Shown: positions 32,626 through 43,748 of the stretch, in pieces | How positions within the stretch are numbered: position 1 is the first letter of the stretch | How the letters are laid out: each line of letters starts with the position of its first letter | IMG/VR virus record: IMGVR_UViG_3300046167_000556 | Coordinates: 1 to 62,877 of that record | From: a virus | Taxonomy: Duplodnaviria; Caudoviricetes | DNA: 62,877 bases | Strand: one strand, 5' to 3' | Program-made: the position numbers and the translations under genes | Notes under the pieces: model-generated | Told to the model about the DNA's origin: nothing | Database searches by the model: none | What the model saw: the letters and a program-made list of their open reading frames with translations, nothing else

Positions 32626-35010
32626 GGCCAAATCCACCGAGGTTGTCAAACCCAGCTGATTCAAAATTCTTTGGTAAAGAATCATTTTTTCTTTGATCAA
32701 TTAACTCGCTTTGTTGAGTTGCTTGTATTTTTGTTCTATCGTCTTTACGATCTTCTTTATATTTTTCTTCTTCTCTTTTTACACCAGATTGAGCCTCTGC
32801 TAAACGCATATTGTATTGGAATTCTACCTCCATTAATTGCTTTTTAATCTCAGCCTCTTGTTGTAGCTTTTGAATATCAAATTGAGATTTTGATTGCTCT
32901 ATTTGTATTTTAGTTTGAGCTAAAGCTTGTTGCTTTTGAACTTCTGCCATAGCTGCTGCTTCTGACGCTTGGGCGTTTGCTTGTGCTTGCGCTTGTATAT
33001 TAGCTTGCTGAGCTGCTCTATCTGCTTCTTCTTTTTTCTTTCTTCTAAATTTGATAGACTCGTTAGCTAGTTTAATATTTTTTATTTGTCTAATATCGAT
33101 AGCGTCTTCTAAGTTAATTCCACCAGCTTGTAATGCAACCTGTATGTTTTGTTCTAACTGTTGTTTTTCTTCTTCGTCCGGTTCTAATTCTAAAAATATT
33201 CCAAAGTCGTGAAGGTTTAAATCTACAATTTCTTTTAGTATTTCAGCGTTGTAAACGGAAATACTTGATTCTATCGATTGTCTAGTTAAAGGAAACTCTA
33301 TTACATCAGCTACTTTTAAAGATATGTTTTCACAAGTTTTAAGAGTTAAATACAAACTAGCTTGTAATATATGTCTTGTAGCTACGTTTGATTGATTAGC
33401 AGCTATCTTTTGCAACCCTACTAAAGCGTTTTTATCTGGAGTGCTTCCATCTCTCGCTTCATTTAAACCGGTTACATCTCTAATCATCTGTAAGTAATAC
33501 TGGTACGTATTAATTAAAGACGCTATTTTACCTTGACCTGAAGAAGATGTTAATTGCTGAACTGGTATTTTACCCCTGTTCATATCTCCATCTTGTGTAA
33601 GTGATCTACCTACAACACTACCGGTTTGAAAATACATATTCAAAGCCTCCGCTGGACTATACGACGTTCCATTACCTAAGTCAACTTCTGCTAAACCGTC
33701 CATATCTAAGAATACTCCGTCTGGAACTATCTTAGCCATTACTTGTTGTAACTTTAAATGAGTTAATTGAATCATATCCGCAAAACCCGTAATACGCCCT
33801 ACTAAAGACTCAATTTTACCTTTGTACATTCTAGGTGCACAAATAGAGTAATTCATAGAAACTTTAGTCGTATCAGCAAATGGTCTTGTCATATTTTCAG
33901 CAAGCTCCCATTTAAGCATTTTATTATAACCTAAAACCTTTACGCCTGAATATATAACCTCTATAGTTCTTGATACTTTTTTAAACGTATCATTTTCTGG
34001 CGGGTTAAACTCATCTGTTTTTTCAATAGCTTTTTCTAAACCTTGATCTGTTTTTTTAATTTTAAAAACTTGGTTTTTGTAAGTTTTATATTCAAAGTAT
34101 ACTAAACTTACTTTATTGTCGTCATGGCTACTATATCCCTGTGGTATAATCACGTGAACCTGCCATTTTTTCTATTTCTTTCATTTCCTCATTACCAAGA
34201 TGAGGGAATTCTTTTTTAAGTTCAGCAAGAGTAACTTCTTTTGACTCACCTACGTAGTAAAGATCTCCAAAGTTAGGATCTTCAGTGTATGAATAAACTA
34301 AGTTAGCAGGATCTACATAATCAATAGTTATACCTTCCGCCTTATTAAAATTAGTTTTAGTCGCTGCAATACCTATAGTAGTTAAATCGTAATTTAATCT
34401 ACGCTTTGTTAAAGTATACTTATTAGTATCTAACACGGTATTTATTACTTCCTCTTGAGCTATTTCTATATTTTGCTTATAGTCAAGCTGCATATATAAT
34501 GAAAGTTGATTTTCATTTTCAGGTAACATAGAAGGGTCTTCTACATTATAAGTATCCATACCTAATTGAGACATCATACTTTCGTTGAATTCTCTAGTAT
34601 TCATATCTGCAACAATAGCAGACACGTATTCTGTTCTTTGTCTATTAGATTCAGGATCTTGAGCAAATGCTTTTATATCGTAATTTTTTTGTGATATACC
34701 GTTAACTACTATATCTACAAACTTAGGTATTACGGGTACAGGTTTCCAATCTAAATTCAAGTAAGACAAATCGCCGTTTATAGACAATTCATCTTTATAT
34801 TTTTGAATAGATTGCTCACCTCTAGCGTATAATCTAAGTTGATGAAATCTAGCATAGTTCGACGAAAACCTGTTATTTGAAGATCTAGAACCCTCCGAAC
34901 CATTCGTGCTCTATTGCTCTAGCTACTCTTAACCCATACTCTAAACTAGCTTTTTCTTCATCGCTAACAGTTTGTGTAGGAAACGAGCTATTGTAATTAG
35001 TTTCTATCAT
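32603..35010 (-). CDS. Portal protein (two frameshifts)
   Basis: YLNLDWKPVPVIPKFVDIV, TGLNEARDG and a Q-rich C-terminal barrel; follows the terminase. Confidence 0.85.
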
Positions 35011-37236
35011 TTATTTTATTATTTTCGAAATAGATCCGTTATTGTCGTATCTTTTAAAAGGTAAAGATATTTTACTTTTTTGCCTAGTAGCTACTGGTGT
35101 ATACCTGTTTTTATTACAAGCCATAATAGCTAAACCCGAGCTTATAGAAGCATCGTGTTTTGTTCTGTTATTTATATTAAATTTTGCCCAGTCTTCTAAG
35201 GTTCTTTGCATGTACATATTACCATAGCCTTCTCCTAAATAACCAACGTGGGTTTCTATATAAGATTCAATAGCAGCTGCGTGAGCTTGTTTTATATCTT
35301 CACTTGAATTTGGTATACCTCCAATTTCTCTTTCTGTTACAGATAGTTTATTCCAAACTTTATCTGGCCTGTTCATGCTATACCCTCTATAGCCTCTTCT
35401 TTTAAAATGATACAGTAGTCTAGGTTTATTGTTTTCCGCTAATAAAGGCATACCGTAAAAAACGCAAGCCATAAGTACATCTTCAAAAAACATTTCAGCT
35501 GTTTGAGGTCTTGCTATATACTCTAAGAAAAAACAGTTAGGTGGAGCATCTTCCATACTAAACTTAGTTAATCCATGTAAAGCTCCATTAGAACCTCTTT
35601 TATCTACTGTACCGGATATATCATAACTATCACATCCAAACGCACCCATATGTTCGTTTCCTGGATATTTAGTACCATTCTTTATTATCACCTGATTTTG
35701 AAGATTATTCGGAGGAACCCAAGATATTTTAAACCTACCATCTTTATTAGGATAGAATACTACTCTAGTATCTTTCATTCCATTCTCCCAAGCAAAGCTA
35801 CCAGTTGTAACTACCGCTGTATTTTTTAAATCTTCATTATAGTCTACTTGCTCGTATATCTTGGTAAGATTAAATATAGACTCTTTGGCTTCATCTCTGA
35901 AAGCGTGTTTCTCTGTTCTTGGAAACTGACGGTAATATTCATTCAAACCGTCTTGATCGTTTTTTAAACCTTCAACTTCATTTTCCCAATGCTCTATTAC
36001 CCCGTAATCTATTAGTTCTCCGTCGACTCCTTTGACTGGTTTTTCGGGAGTGTCGAATACAGGTAATCCAAAAGTATCAATGAATCCTTCGTAGTTCCAT
36101 TCCATAGGTATGAACAAAGAATATAATCCTGAGCTAGTCTGCCCGTTGCGGTTCCTTTTCTTGACATCTGAGGCATTGTATAAACTTTTAAAATTATTAC
36201 CACCTTTTTCTAAAGCATTTGATGTTGATCCCATCATACACTTACCAATAACTTTTCTACCTAATCTTAAACAAGTTTTTGTAACTCTCCAGTTATTTAA
36301 TATGTTATCAGGCTTTTCCCATTTACCACTTTCATCGTGAACTAGTAGTTTTAGTTTTTCACCATCATAAGAGTTATCTCCTGTATTTTTCCAGTCAATC
36401 GTAGTATCTAATCCTACAATTTCTTCTAGCTTATCTTTAGAACCTAGTTTTTTTCTAGTTAACTTACTAGCAGGTACTCTATATGCTAATTCTGTTTTAG
36501 GACGATCCATACCGTCTTGTATTGGTTTAAAGAAAAACGGATAGTTAATAGAAATAGGTACTACCTTATCTGTAAACATTTTTTTCGCATCACTACCTGA
36601 CTTAGAAAGTATACCAAACCTTGAGTCACTAGACATAGTTGCTTGGTGAACTGTTTCGGATGATGACATAAAAGAAAAACCAGAACGTCTATTTTTAAGG
36701 TAACACATTCCATAGCTTCTACTATCTGCTTTGCAAGCTTCCCAAAATATAAAAAATAATCTATTTGATTCTCTAAAGTCAGGGTGTCCTACATCAATCT
36801 TAGTCCATTGCAAGTACATATAATGAGTACCTGTAATATATGTTGGTTTACCATTATTATAAAACCAAAAACCTTCTTCTCTGTATGTAAATTGCTGATC
36901 TATGTAATCAAACCATTTTTCTTTAAAATCAAGAGGATACTCTTCCCAATCAAAAACGCTTTTTATTTTCGTTAATTCTTTCGGATATTCTGAAGCCTCC
37001 CAGAATTGTTCTTCTTTCTTAGCAGAACGTTTTTGTACATTTTTTGTTGCTTCTGGTAAAGCGATTCTAAGATTTTGGATATTATATATTTCTCCAATCT
37101 TTCCAGTTTTGCTAATAACCACGACGTCATAATCAGCATTGTAACCATATTCCCACTTTTTATAGCGATTCATTCGCTTTATTACCTGAGGCTTAATGTA
37201 GTTTTCTTCTACACTATATAAAGTTTGCTTGTACAT
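35011..37236 (-). CDS. terL: Terminase large subunit
   Basis: KNRRSGFS Walker A, LVHDESGKW Walker B, GSTSN, GCDSYD and HDASISSG nuclease motifs. Confidence 0.92.
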   Translation of the reverse strand: MYKQTLYSVEENYIKPQVIKRMNRYKKWEYGYNADYDVVVISKTGKIGEIYNIQNLRIALPEATKNVQKRSAKKEEQFWEASEYPKELTKIKSVFDWEEYPLDFKEKWFDYIDQQFTYREEGFWFYNNGKPTYITGTHYMYLQWTKIDVGHPDFRESNRLFFIFWEACKADSRSYGMCYLKNRRSGFSFMSSSETVHQATMSSDSRFGILSKSGSDAKKMFTDKVVPISINYPFFFKPIQDGMDRPKTELAYRVPASKLTRKKLGSKDKLEEIVGLDTTIDWKNTGDNSYDGEKLKLLVHDESGKWEKPDNILNNWRVTKTCLRLGRKVIGKCMMGSTSNALEKGGNNFKSLYNASDVKKRNRNGQTSSGLYSLFIPMEWNYEGFIDTFGLPVFDTPEKPVKGVDGELIDYGVIEHWENEVEGLKNDQDGLNEYYRQFPRTEKHAFRDEAKESIFNLTKIYEQVDYNEDLKNTAVVTTGSFAWENGMKDTRVVFYPNKDGRFKISWVPPNNLQNQVIIKNGTKYPGNEHMGAFGCDSYDISGTVDKRGSNGALHGLTKFSMEDAPPNCFFLEYIARPQTAEMFFEDVLMACVFYGMPLLAENNKPRLLYHFKRRGYRGYSMNRPDKVWNKLSVTEREIGGIPNSSEDIKQAHAAAIESYIETHVGYLGEGYGNMYMQRTLEDWAKFNINNRTKHDASISSGLAIMACNKNRYTPVATRQKSKISLPFKRYDNNGSISKIIK

Positions 37237-37237
37237 C

Positions 37238-37513
37238 TTATTTAGATCTACGTTCTGCAAAACCCTTAAAAGCTTTTTCTTCTTTTTCTTCTTTAGGTTT
37301 TTCGTTTATTTTATCCTCTTCTTCTTGAATTCTTTGTAAAATTTCAAAAGCATCAAATATAGCTAACTTTTTTGTTGCTGCAGCATTTTTTAATCTGTCT
37401 GCAGAAATATCATCATCAGAATCAACAATAGCCTCTTTAGCTACTTTAATCAATTCTTCAACGGCTATTTGACCAGCTAGGATAATATTCTTTTTCGTTT
37501 CCTTTATTTTCAT
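37238..37513 (-). CDS. Probable terminase small subunit
   Basis: Small helical protein directly upstream of terL. Confidence 0.6.
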   Translation of the reverse strand: MKIKETKKNIILAGQIAVEELIKVAKEAIVDSDDDISADRLKNAAATKKLAIFDAFEILQRIQEEEDKINEKPKEEKEEKAFKGFAERRSK

Positions 37514-38064
37514 ACTTAATTACAATATCATTAGATTTCATACAATATAAACGCTTGTTATCAAAAACAAACTCAAACTCAGACTTAGGCGTAAACCCTA
37601 TTAAGTCCCCTGGGGTTATTTTAAGCGCTTCTAAGGACTTGTTGCTGTATTTTAGTATACCAACAAGCTCTTTTTCTTTTTGATTCTTTAAAACATCTGT
37701 TTCTACAACAGGTGCAACAAAGCAGTAATCCATATTAGTGTACCATTGTTTGTTTTTTTGGTACATATATATTTGATCAGGACTAGCAAAGTACATATTG
37801 TCTTTAAAAAATGTAGAACCGTTTTTTTCTACGCCTCTAACGTCGTACCATCTTCTAAATATGTTGTGATGTACTATTACTTTATCACCTGGTTTTATAT
37901 CTGTTTTTAAGCGCTTTAGGTGTTGCAACAACAACAGCTTCCTTGCTAACAGATCTCCAATCTTCTACTTTTGTATTAGTAATAAGATTTTTATCGCCTA
38001 CCTTTACTTGATTGTTGTATCTATCATTTAAAGGTTTTATAATAAATTGACCTAAGCTATTCAT
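37458..38064 (-). CDS. Tandem GroES-like-fold protein (frameshift at ~37920)
   Basis: Two GroES-like segments: IKPGDKVIV and ITPGDLIGF...RLYCMKSNDIV. Confidence 0.55.
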
Positions 38065-38519
38065 TAATACTCTAAATCGTATTCAACAGATATAGCCATG
38101 TTACAATTAAACTTTTTCCAAGGTAGTACTTCATCATTCTTTTTAATGTGAATACTGTATGAACCGTCAGCTTCGTCGTGCAATATAGCTTTTATGATAT
38201 GACCACCATACACAGACTGATTAACAGCGTAGTGCATGGCGTCATTTTTATAATCTGAGCCAATACTTATTTTTCTAATTATCTTGCTCATCTTTCTTTG
38301 AATCTCTGTGTACTCGCCAGTTTGTAAATCAATATTTACATTACCGTAAGTAGCTTCTAAGTCTTTCTTAATATCTTCTATCTGTGCATTAACTTGAGCG
38401 AACGTATGTAACAGCTCATGTTTTTTAGCTTCCAATAAACCTAAGTTTGTTATAACACTGTTTGCTTCGTTTTGTTTAGATACGATTGATTCTAACTCTT
38501 CTTTTTTAATTTTTGACAT
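38064..38519 (-). CDS. Two small hypothetical proteins, apparently fused by an indel
   Basis: Coiled-coil half followed by an internal MSKIIRKISIG start. Confidence 0.55.
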   Translation of the reverse strand: MSKIKKEELESIVSKQNEANSVITNLGLLEAKKHELLHTFAQVNAQIEDIKKDLEATYGNVNIDLQTGEYTEIQRKMSKIIRKISIGSDYKNDAMHYAVNQSVYGGHIIKAILHDEADGSYSIHIKKNDEVLPWKKFNCNMAISVEYDLEY

Positions 38520-38548
38520 AATTTAATTTAATTTAATTGTTATTTGTT

Positions 38549-38576
38549 TATAATTACCTAAAATTCAAGCAATTTA
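38549..38576 (-). promoter_or_regulatory. Class II promoter
   Basis: TAAA-N15-GTAATTATA upstream of the packaging operon. Confidence 0.7.
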
Positions 38577-38579
38577 GGT

Positions 38580-38978
38580 TTACTTTGTTAAATTGTTTTT
38601 CTTTTCGTATGATCTCGCTCCTACTAATCCTAACATTCCGAATAGTACTTGCATTGTAATAGTTGTATCTATATGTGGGAACTCAATTTCCCAGCCGTTT
38701 ACTGTAAACACAAACCTTAATAAAGGTTCTATAAAAACAGCATATAATAAACCTAATCCACACACCCAACCTATAAAAGGTCTCCATCCTGCAACAAATA
38801 CGGTTCTATGTGTAGCTTCAGCTTCATTTATTTTTGTTTGAACTTCTGCAAGTTTACCCGCTATTTCTAATTTTTTATTAGGATCAAGTTCTTTACCTTT
38901 TATAGCTTCTCTTATATCTTTAGCTAATGAACCAATACCTTTAGTTCCGCTACCTAATAATCTACTTAACCAACTCAT
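38580..38978 (-). CDS. Holin (3TM holin family)
   Basis: FVAGWRPFIGWVC...GMLGLVGARSYEK. Confidence 0.8.
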   Translation of the reverse strand: MSWLSRLLGSGTKGIGSLAKDIREAIKGKELDPNKKLEIAGKLAEVQTKINEAEATHRTVFVAGWRPFIGWVCGLGLLYAVFIEPLLRFVFTVNGWEIEFPHIDTTITMQVLFGMLGLVGARSYEKKNNLTK

Positions 38979-38981
38979 AAC

Positions 38982-39266
38982 TTAGCACCTCCATCTTTTA
39001 AGAGCAGCCGCTTTTCTAGTGGGTCTACCTTTTTTATCTTTCATTGGACCAGGCATACCGCTCATGCGTGCGCAAAATGATTTCCTTCTTTTAGCATCTT
39101 TGCTACCAGCTTTAACTTTACCTGTTACGGCAGTTTTTAATTTACTACCAGGATTTTTCTTTCGGTAAGCAGCAACACCTTTTTTAGTCATTCCAGCACC
39201 TTCCTTTGTTGATAAAAAGTTTCTATCTTTGCCTTTAGTTGTTTTCTTTATTTGTTTCTTAGCCAT
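38982..39266 (-). CDS. Small highly basic protein
   Basis: RRKSFCARMSG...ALKRWRC; K/R-rich. Confidence 0.75.
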   Translation of the reverse strand: MAKKQIKKTTKGKDRNFLSTKEGAGMTKKGVAAYRKKNPGSKLKTAVTGKVKAGSKDAKRRKSFCARMSGMPGPMKDKKGRPTRKAAALKRWRC

Positions 39267-39271
39267 ATCTA

Positions 39272-39413
39272 TTAATGTTTACAACCACAAGGTTTTTTAG
39301 TATTTACTTTTTTTTTTAACAGCTACTTTTTTACCTGTTTTCTTTGCATAAGCTTTAGCTGCTGCTTTCCCTTTTGTTGTGTACGCAAATTTTTTACTTC
39401 CTACTTTTGGCAT
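39272..39413 (-). CDS. Small basic protein (homopolymer indel)
   Basis: MPKVGSKKFAYTTKGKAAAKAYAKK... Confidence 0.6.
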
Positions 39414-39418
39414 AATAT

Positions 39419-39673
39419 TTATTTTTTACGTTTTAATGATGATGTTCTTTTACCCATTCCTACTCTTTTCTTTTCAGCTACTGCTTTTTTCTTTTCAGCA
39501 GGTGACATTTCTTTCCAAGTTTTAGGCGTTTTACCACTTACTCTTTTGCTTGGTCTACACTTTTTAGTTTTTTTGTTTTTAGTAGAACCGCATACATTAC
39601 CTTTTTCATCTGTCCACTTTTCTTTAAACCAACGTTGAAGGCTTGCTCCTTTTTTAGTTTTTCTAACAGCCAT
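39419..39673 (-). CDS. Small highly basic protein
   Basis: LQRWFKEKW...CRPSKRVSGKTPKT. Confidence 0.75.
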   Translation of the reverse strand: MAVRKTKKGASLQRWFKEKWTDEKGNVCGSTKNKKTKKCRPSKRVSGKTPKTWKEMSPAEKKKAVAEKKRVGMGKRTSSLKRKK

Positions 39674-39801
39674 TACTTTCGTTTTTTACCTTTAGCTTTT
39701 CTGCATTTAGCAATAGCGCCACTAGCGTATGCTGATGGAAATACTTTATATGATTTTTTTACTTTGTGGTAACAAGAGTCTTTTTTAGTTTTTGATTTCA
39801 T
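39673..39801 (-). CDS. Small basic protein (42 aa)
   Basis: MKSKTKKDSCYHKVKKSYKVFPSAYASGAIAKCRK...; translationally coupled at both ends. Confidence 0.7.
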   Translation of the reverse strand: MKSKTKKDSCYHKVKKSYKVFPSAYASGAIAKCRKAKGKKRK

Positions 39802-40253
39802 ATTATTTTGTATTTAGTTTTGCCGTTTTCTTTATAAGCCTTTAAGCATCTGCTTCTATTTGATTCTTCTGAAACATAAGATACATGCAACCAATCAGGA
39901 TTTTCATCGTCTCCGAACTCCCATATCATTTGATCAAAATCTAAATTGTCTTTAATGTAGTTATACATTTCAGCATTAGTTTTGTGCCCGAAAGTATCAT
40001 CTATATCTATAGCTCTTCCTTCACAATGCTGCGACTTGGAACTCCCTCCTATAGCTTCGTTTAAATTAACACTTCTAAAAAACGAATTTATTCTTATCGG
40101 TCCGCCAACCCATTTTCTAAGCGGTTCAAATATATTTTCTGCTATAACTTGCATATTAGACATGTGGTAATCACTAGGCGTGTTATCTATATCTAACCTT
40201 GTAGCCGTCGAACTGCGAACACTTTCTTTATAAGATATATGCTTACTTATCAT
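39798..40253 (-). CDS. Endolysin, peptidase M15 family
   Basis: INSFFRS, SQHCEGRAIDI and WLHVSY Zn-binding motifs. Confidence 0.88.
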   Translation of the reverse strand: MISKHISYKESVRSSTATRLDIDNTPSDYHMSNMQVIAENIFEPLRKWVGGPIRINSFFRSVNLNEAIGGSSKSQHCEGRAIDIDDTFGHKTNAEMYNYIKDNLDFDQMIWEFGDDENPDWLHVSYVSEESNRSRCLKAYKENGKTKYKII

Positions 40254-40404
40254 TTTTATCTTTGTTCATTAAGTACCATCTTTGCATAGTATATCCTATT
40301 GAAACACTTAAAAGTACTATTTTTAAAGCTGCATCTATATTTGTAAAGCTTAACATGAAACTACTTCCATTTAGGGCATATATTTTTATATCGGTAAAAC
40401 TCAT
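40243..40404 (-). CDS. Small membrane protein (holin/antiholin-like, 53 aa)
   Basis: MSFTDIKIYALN...LKIVLLSVSIGYT; overlaps the endolysin start. Confidence 0.6.
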   Translation of the reverse strand: MSFTDIKIYALNGSSFMLSFTNIDAALKIVLLSVSIGYTMQRWYLMNKDKNDK

Positions 40405-40416
40405 TGGGTGTATATT

Positions 40417-40800
40417 TTATAAAGAACTTATATCGGATATAATTCTTTCTTTAATTTCCTGCTTAAACCCGTTAGTGGAAGCTTGTCTTTGATCGTTAGT
40501 TCCAAATACAGCGGCCGCTTTTTCTTGAGTAGCTGGAGGGAAAACAGGTGAAGATGCTGCGTCGTTGTATGAACTAGACATAGATATATTAGGCTCCAGA
40601 TTAGTTGCGTAACTCTGCGAAACTCGTCCACCGGCTGTATTCGCTTGTTGATACCTAGCGTCGGCTTCAAGTTGGAGCTGATTATCCCTATGCTCCCTAA
40701 ATTGCTTTGCTATCCCACTAAAACCTCCTGTAAGATCCGGTATGAGTCCGCTATCCCCTGCCGCTCTTCCTCCGAAAACACCCATTGCTGCTCCAAACAT
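40417..40800 (-). CDS. Hypothetical protein
   Basis: 127-aa ORF with an A-rich leader and Gly-rich N-terminus. Confidence 0.55.
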   Translation of the reverse strand: MFGAAMGVFGGRAAGDSGLIPDLTGGFSGIAKQFREHRDNQLQLEADARYQQANTAGGRVSQSYATNLEPNISMSSSYNDAASSPVFPPATQEKAAAVFGTNDQRQASTNGFKQEIKERIISDISSL

Positions 40801-40833
40801 AATTTTTTATTTTATTATTAATTGTTTAATTAC

Positions 40834-41428
40834 TTAATTAAAGCAGCCTCCTTTTTGAGGTCTAGCTGTTTTTCTTGAAAAAGGACTAGGCGCAAATATG
40901 TTTTTAATGTTTTTAATGGTTTTCTTAATTTTTGCTTTTTTATTCCTTTTTTTCTGCAAATCTACTTGTCTTTGGTACTGCTGTGGGGTTAATGGATTCT
41001 GTTTTCGATACTCGCGACCAACCTTCATTTTTATGTGTCGAGGTACATCCGATTCAAAAACACTCTTCAATGTTTCTCCAGTAAGTTTCGCGCGAGGAGG
41101 TGTTCTTTTAGCTAGCTTAGTTGAAGGGGGGGGTACTTACGTTTGCAATACCTTTGGTTTTAGTAACTCTGGTTTCCTTCTCTATCAGCCCACTGTTTTT
41201 TCTTCGAATAGGAGTTTTTTTAGCCACTTTAATGTATTCAGCTTTAGTCATATTACCGTATGTCTTCTGGTCTCTGTTTTTATAAGCGGTATCGTATGAA
41301 GCTTTTTTGCCTTTAAACTTTTTAACAGTAGTAGTTGTAGTAGTCAATGATCCTCTACTGCCTTTTACAGTTGTTGATTTGCTTTTGATACTACTAGGTA
41401 TTCTTTTTTTCTTTTTTGGATCTGGCAT
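40834..41428 (-). CDS. Basic low-complexity protein (probably one frameshifted gene)
   Basis: ORFs 41117-41428 and 40834-41070 are both K/R/T-rich; homopolymer G run at ~41126. Confidence 0.45.
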
Positions 41429-41430
41429 AA

Positions 41431-41874
41431 TTATCTGTTTTTATCTTTATTAACGTTATTTATTGCTGTTTGTAAAACTTTATCTGTATACGTTTTACCT
41501 TTCATTATACTGTTTCGTTTTTCGCTAGTTGGAATATCTTCTTCACCTAACATTATTCGATACATTCGGCTTATTAGCTGTTTACACTTAAAGGATACTT
41601 TGTATATATGATATTTTTGAGTGGTTCTATTGCGTTTTCTCCACACAACAATCCAACCTTCTTTTAGTAACCTATTCCATCGTCTATTATCCCAGCTATA
41701 AGCGTATGTACCTATTTCAAAATCGTGTTTAGTAAAATAATCCATACAATCAAAATAAATAAGTAGTTCAAGATCTGCATCATTCAACCCATTATTTCTA
41801 CATGCCCATTTACGTATTACACGGTAATGTTTTAATAAATTTAATTCTTTTATGTCTTTAGCGTTAACTCGCAT
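41431..41874 (-). CDS. Winged-helix-like DNA-binding protein
   Basis: LELLIY...RLLKEGWI...YKVSFK pattern. Confidence 0.5.
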   Translation of the reverse strand: MRVNAKDIKELNLLKHYRVIRKWACRNNGLNDADLELLIYFDCMDYFTKHDFEIGTYAYSWDNRRWNRLLKEGWIVVWRKRNRTTQKYHIYKVSFKCKQLISRMYRIMLGEEDIPTSEKRNSIMKGKTYTDKVLQTAINNVNKDKNR

Positions 41875-42134
41875 TACAATACAACAACTACGTCTTGATT
41901 TTTTATAACGTGTAGCTTTTCGTTTTCTATTTCTATTCCATGTCCAGCATTCCTGTCGAAATAGATTGTATCGTTTTTATCAACACCTACAACTTCTTCA
42001 CCGATCGATACAATAGTAGCTTTGCGGTATCTTATATCCTCTCTACTTTTTTCATTAAGAATCAAACCACCTTTTGTTTTAGTGGTTGACTCTTTAATGA
42101 TTTTTATTATTAAGTTTCTACCTATTGCTTTCAT
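41874..42134 (-). CDS. groES: Co-chaperonin GroES
   Basis: TTKTKGGLIL mobile loop, IVSIG, DVVVVL. Confidence 0.9.
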   Translation of the reverse strand: MKAIGRNLIIKIIKESTTKTKGGLILNEKSREDIRYRKATIVSIGEEVVGVDKNDTIYFDRNAGHGIEIENEKLHVIKNQDVVVVL

Positions 42135-43672
42135 CTTCTACTCTTAAGTTATTGATTACACAATCGGTTGATAATATTGTAGTAGCAACTGACGCTGCGT
42201 TTTTTAAAGCACTTTTAGTAACTAATAAAGGATCTATAATACCTTTTTTAATCATACTTACATTTTTACCAGTTACAACATCTATTCCTTTACCTTTGCC
42301 TTGCGGATATACTTCATCCAAACCAGCATTTTTTAATATAGTTAAGTAAGGCGCTTTAATAGCTTCTAGTAACACTTTTTCATTTTCGTTAGATGCTTTT
42401 ACTAGTGTAGCCGCATTTAATAAAGCAATTCCTCCACCTGGTACAATACCTTCTTTTATAGCTGCTTTTGTGGCACACATTGCATCTTCTACTCTATCTT
42501 GTTTTTCTTTAAGCTCAACTTCAGAACTTGCACCTACTTTTATAACTGCTACTTTACAAGAAAGTAAACCTAATCTTTTTTCTAATCTATTTATGTGACC
42601 TGGTAAAACTTCGTTTTCTAGTTCGACCTTGATTTCATTTATTACTTCTTGAACTTCTTTAGATGTATTTTCTACTTGTATAATAGTCTCCTCGCTGTTC
42701 GTAATGGACTTTAAACAAGTTCCAAGCAATTCTACCTCTATCATATCTAAGTCGTCTCCAAGGTCTTCATTTACGACCGTAGCACCTGTTAGCAACGCTA
42801 AGTCTTGAAGCTTCTGCTTTCTATATATTCCGAAATCAGGTGTATCTATGATATTAACCTTAATATTACCTTTCATTTTATTCATAGCTAATGCAGATAC
42901 AACTTGTTCATCTGCTTCACCTATAATTAGTAAAGGTTTGTTGTTTTTTATAACGTATTCTAATACACTTTGTATTTTACGTATGTTTTCTATTTTGTTT
43001 TCAACTAGTAGTACTAACGGGTTTTCAAGTACAGCTTCTTTTTTGCTTTCGTTTGTTATAAAGTGAAAGTTTTTTAAAGGTTTATCAATAGATGCTCCGT
43101 TTATTACTTCGTAGCTTGTATTGCTGTCATTTGATACTTCCATTGTTACAACTCCGTTTTTACCAACTTCCTTAAAAGCTTCGGCAATAACATTACCTAA
43201 ATCTTTATCGTTGTTAGCTGAAATTGTAGCTACATTGTTGATCATATCGCCTTCTACAGGTACCTGCTAACTTTTCTAAGTATTTAATCACTTTCTTAGT
43301 AGCTTGTTCAATACCTTTTTTCATTTCTCGCGATCCGCTGTTATTTGTAGCGTACGCCTTTGAAAGAATTGAGTGTGCTAAGACTGTAGCTGTTGTTGTT
43401 CCATCTCCAGCTTCTTTAACAGTTTGCCTAGCAGCTTCTTTTAGAAGTGTTGCACCCATATTTTCAATAGGATCTCTCAGTGTTATTGAATTTGCTACAG
43501 TTACACCATCTTTAGTAATAACTGGTTTACCAAACTCGTTTTCTAGCATAACACACTTTCCGCTTGCTCCTAATGTAGAACTTACAGCTTTCGTTAGTTT
43601 GTCAATGCCCTTAAACACATTATTTTTTGCCTCATCGCCGAAGCTGAGGTTTTTTACAATTGCGTTACTCAT
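42118..43672 (-). CDS. groEL: Chaperonin GroEL (frameshift at ~43260)
   Basis: ITKDGVTVA, AGDGTTTATVLA, VATISAN, GIVPGGG, GIIDP. Confidence 0.93.
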
Positions 43673-43708
43673 TTTATTTAATTATATTTAATTTTAGTAT
43701 TATAGTTG

Positions 43709-43736
43709 TATTATTACATGTTTCCCCTATAAATTA
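43709..43736 (-). promoter_or_regulatory. Class II promoter variant
   Basis: TAAT-N15-GTAATAATA upstream of groEL. Confidence 0.55.
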
Positions 43737-43748
43737 CTATTTGTTTAG

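Noticed and set aside
38064-38519. Novel fusion protein
   Set aside because: An internal start and a nearby out-of-frame stop suggest two overlapping genes merged by an indel.
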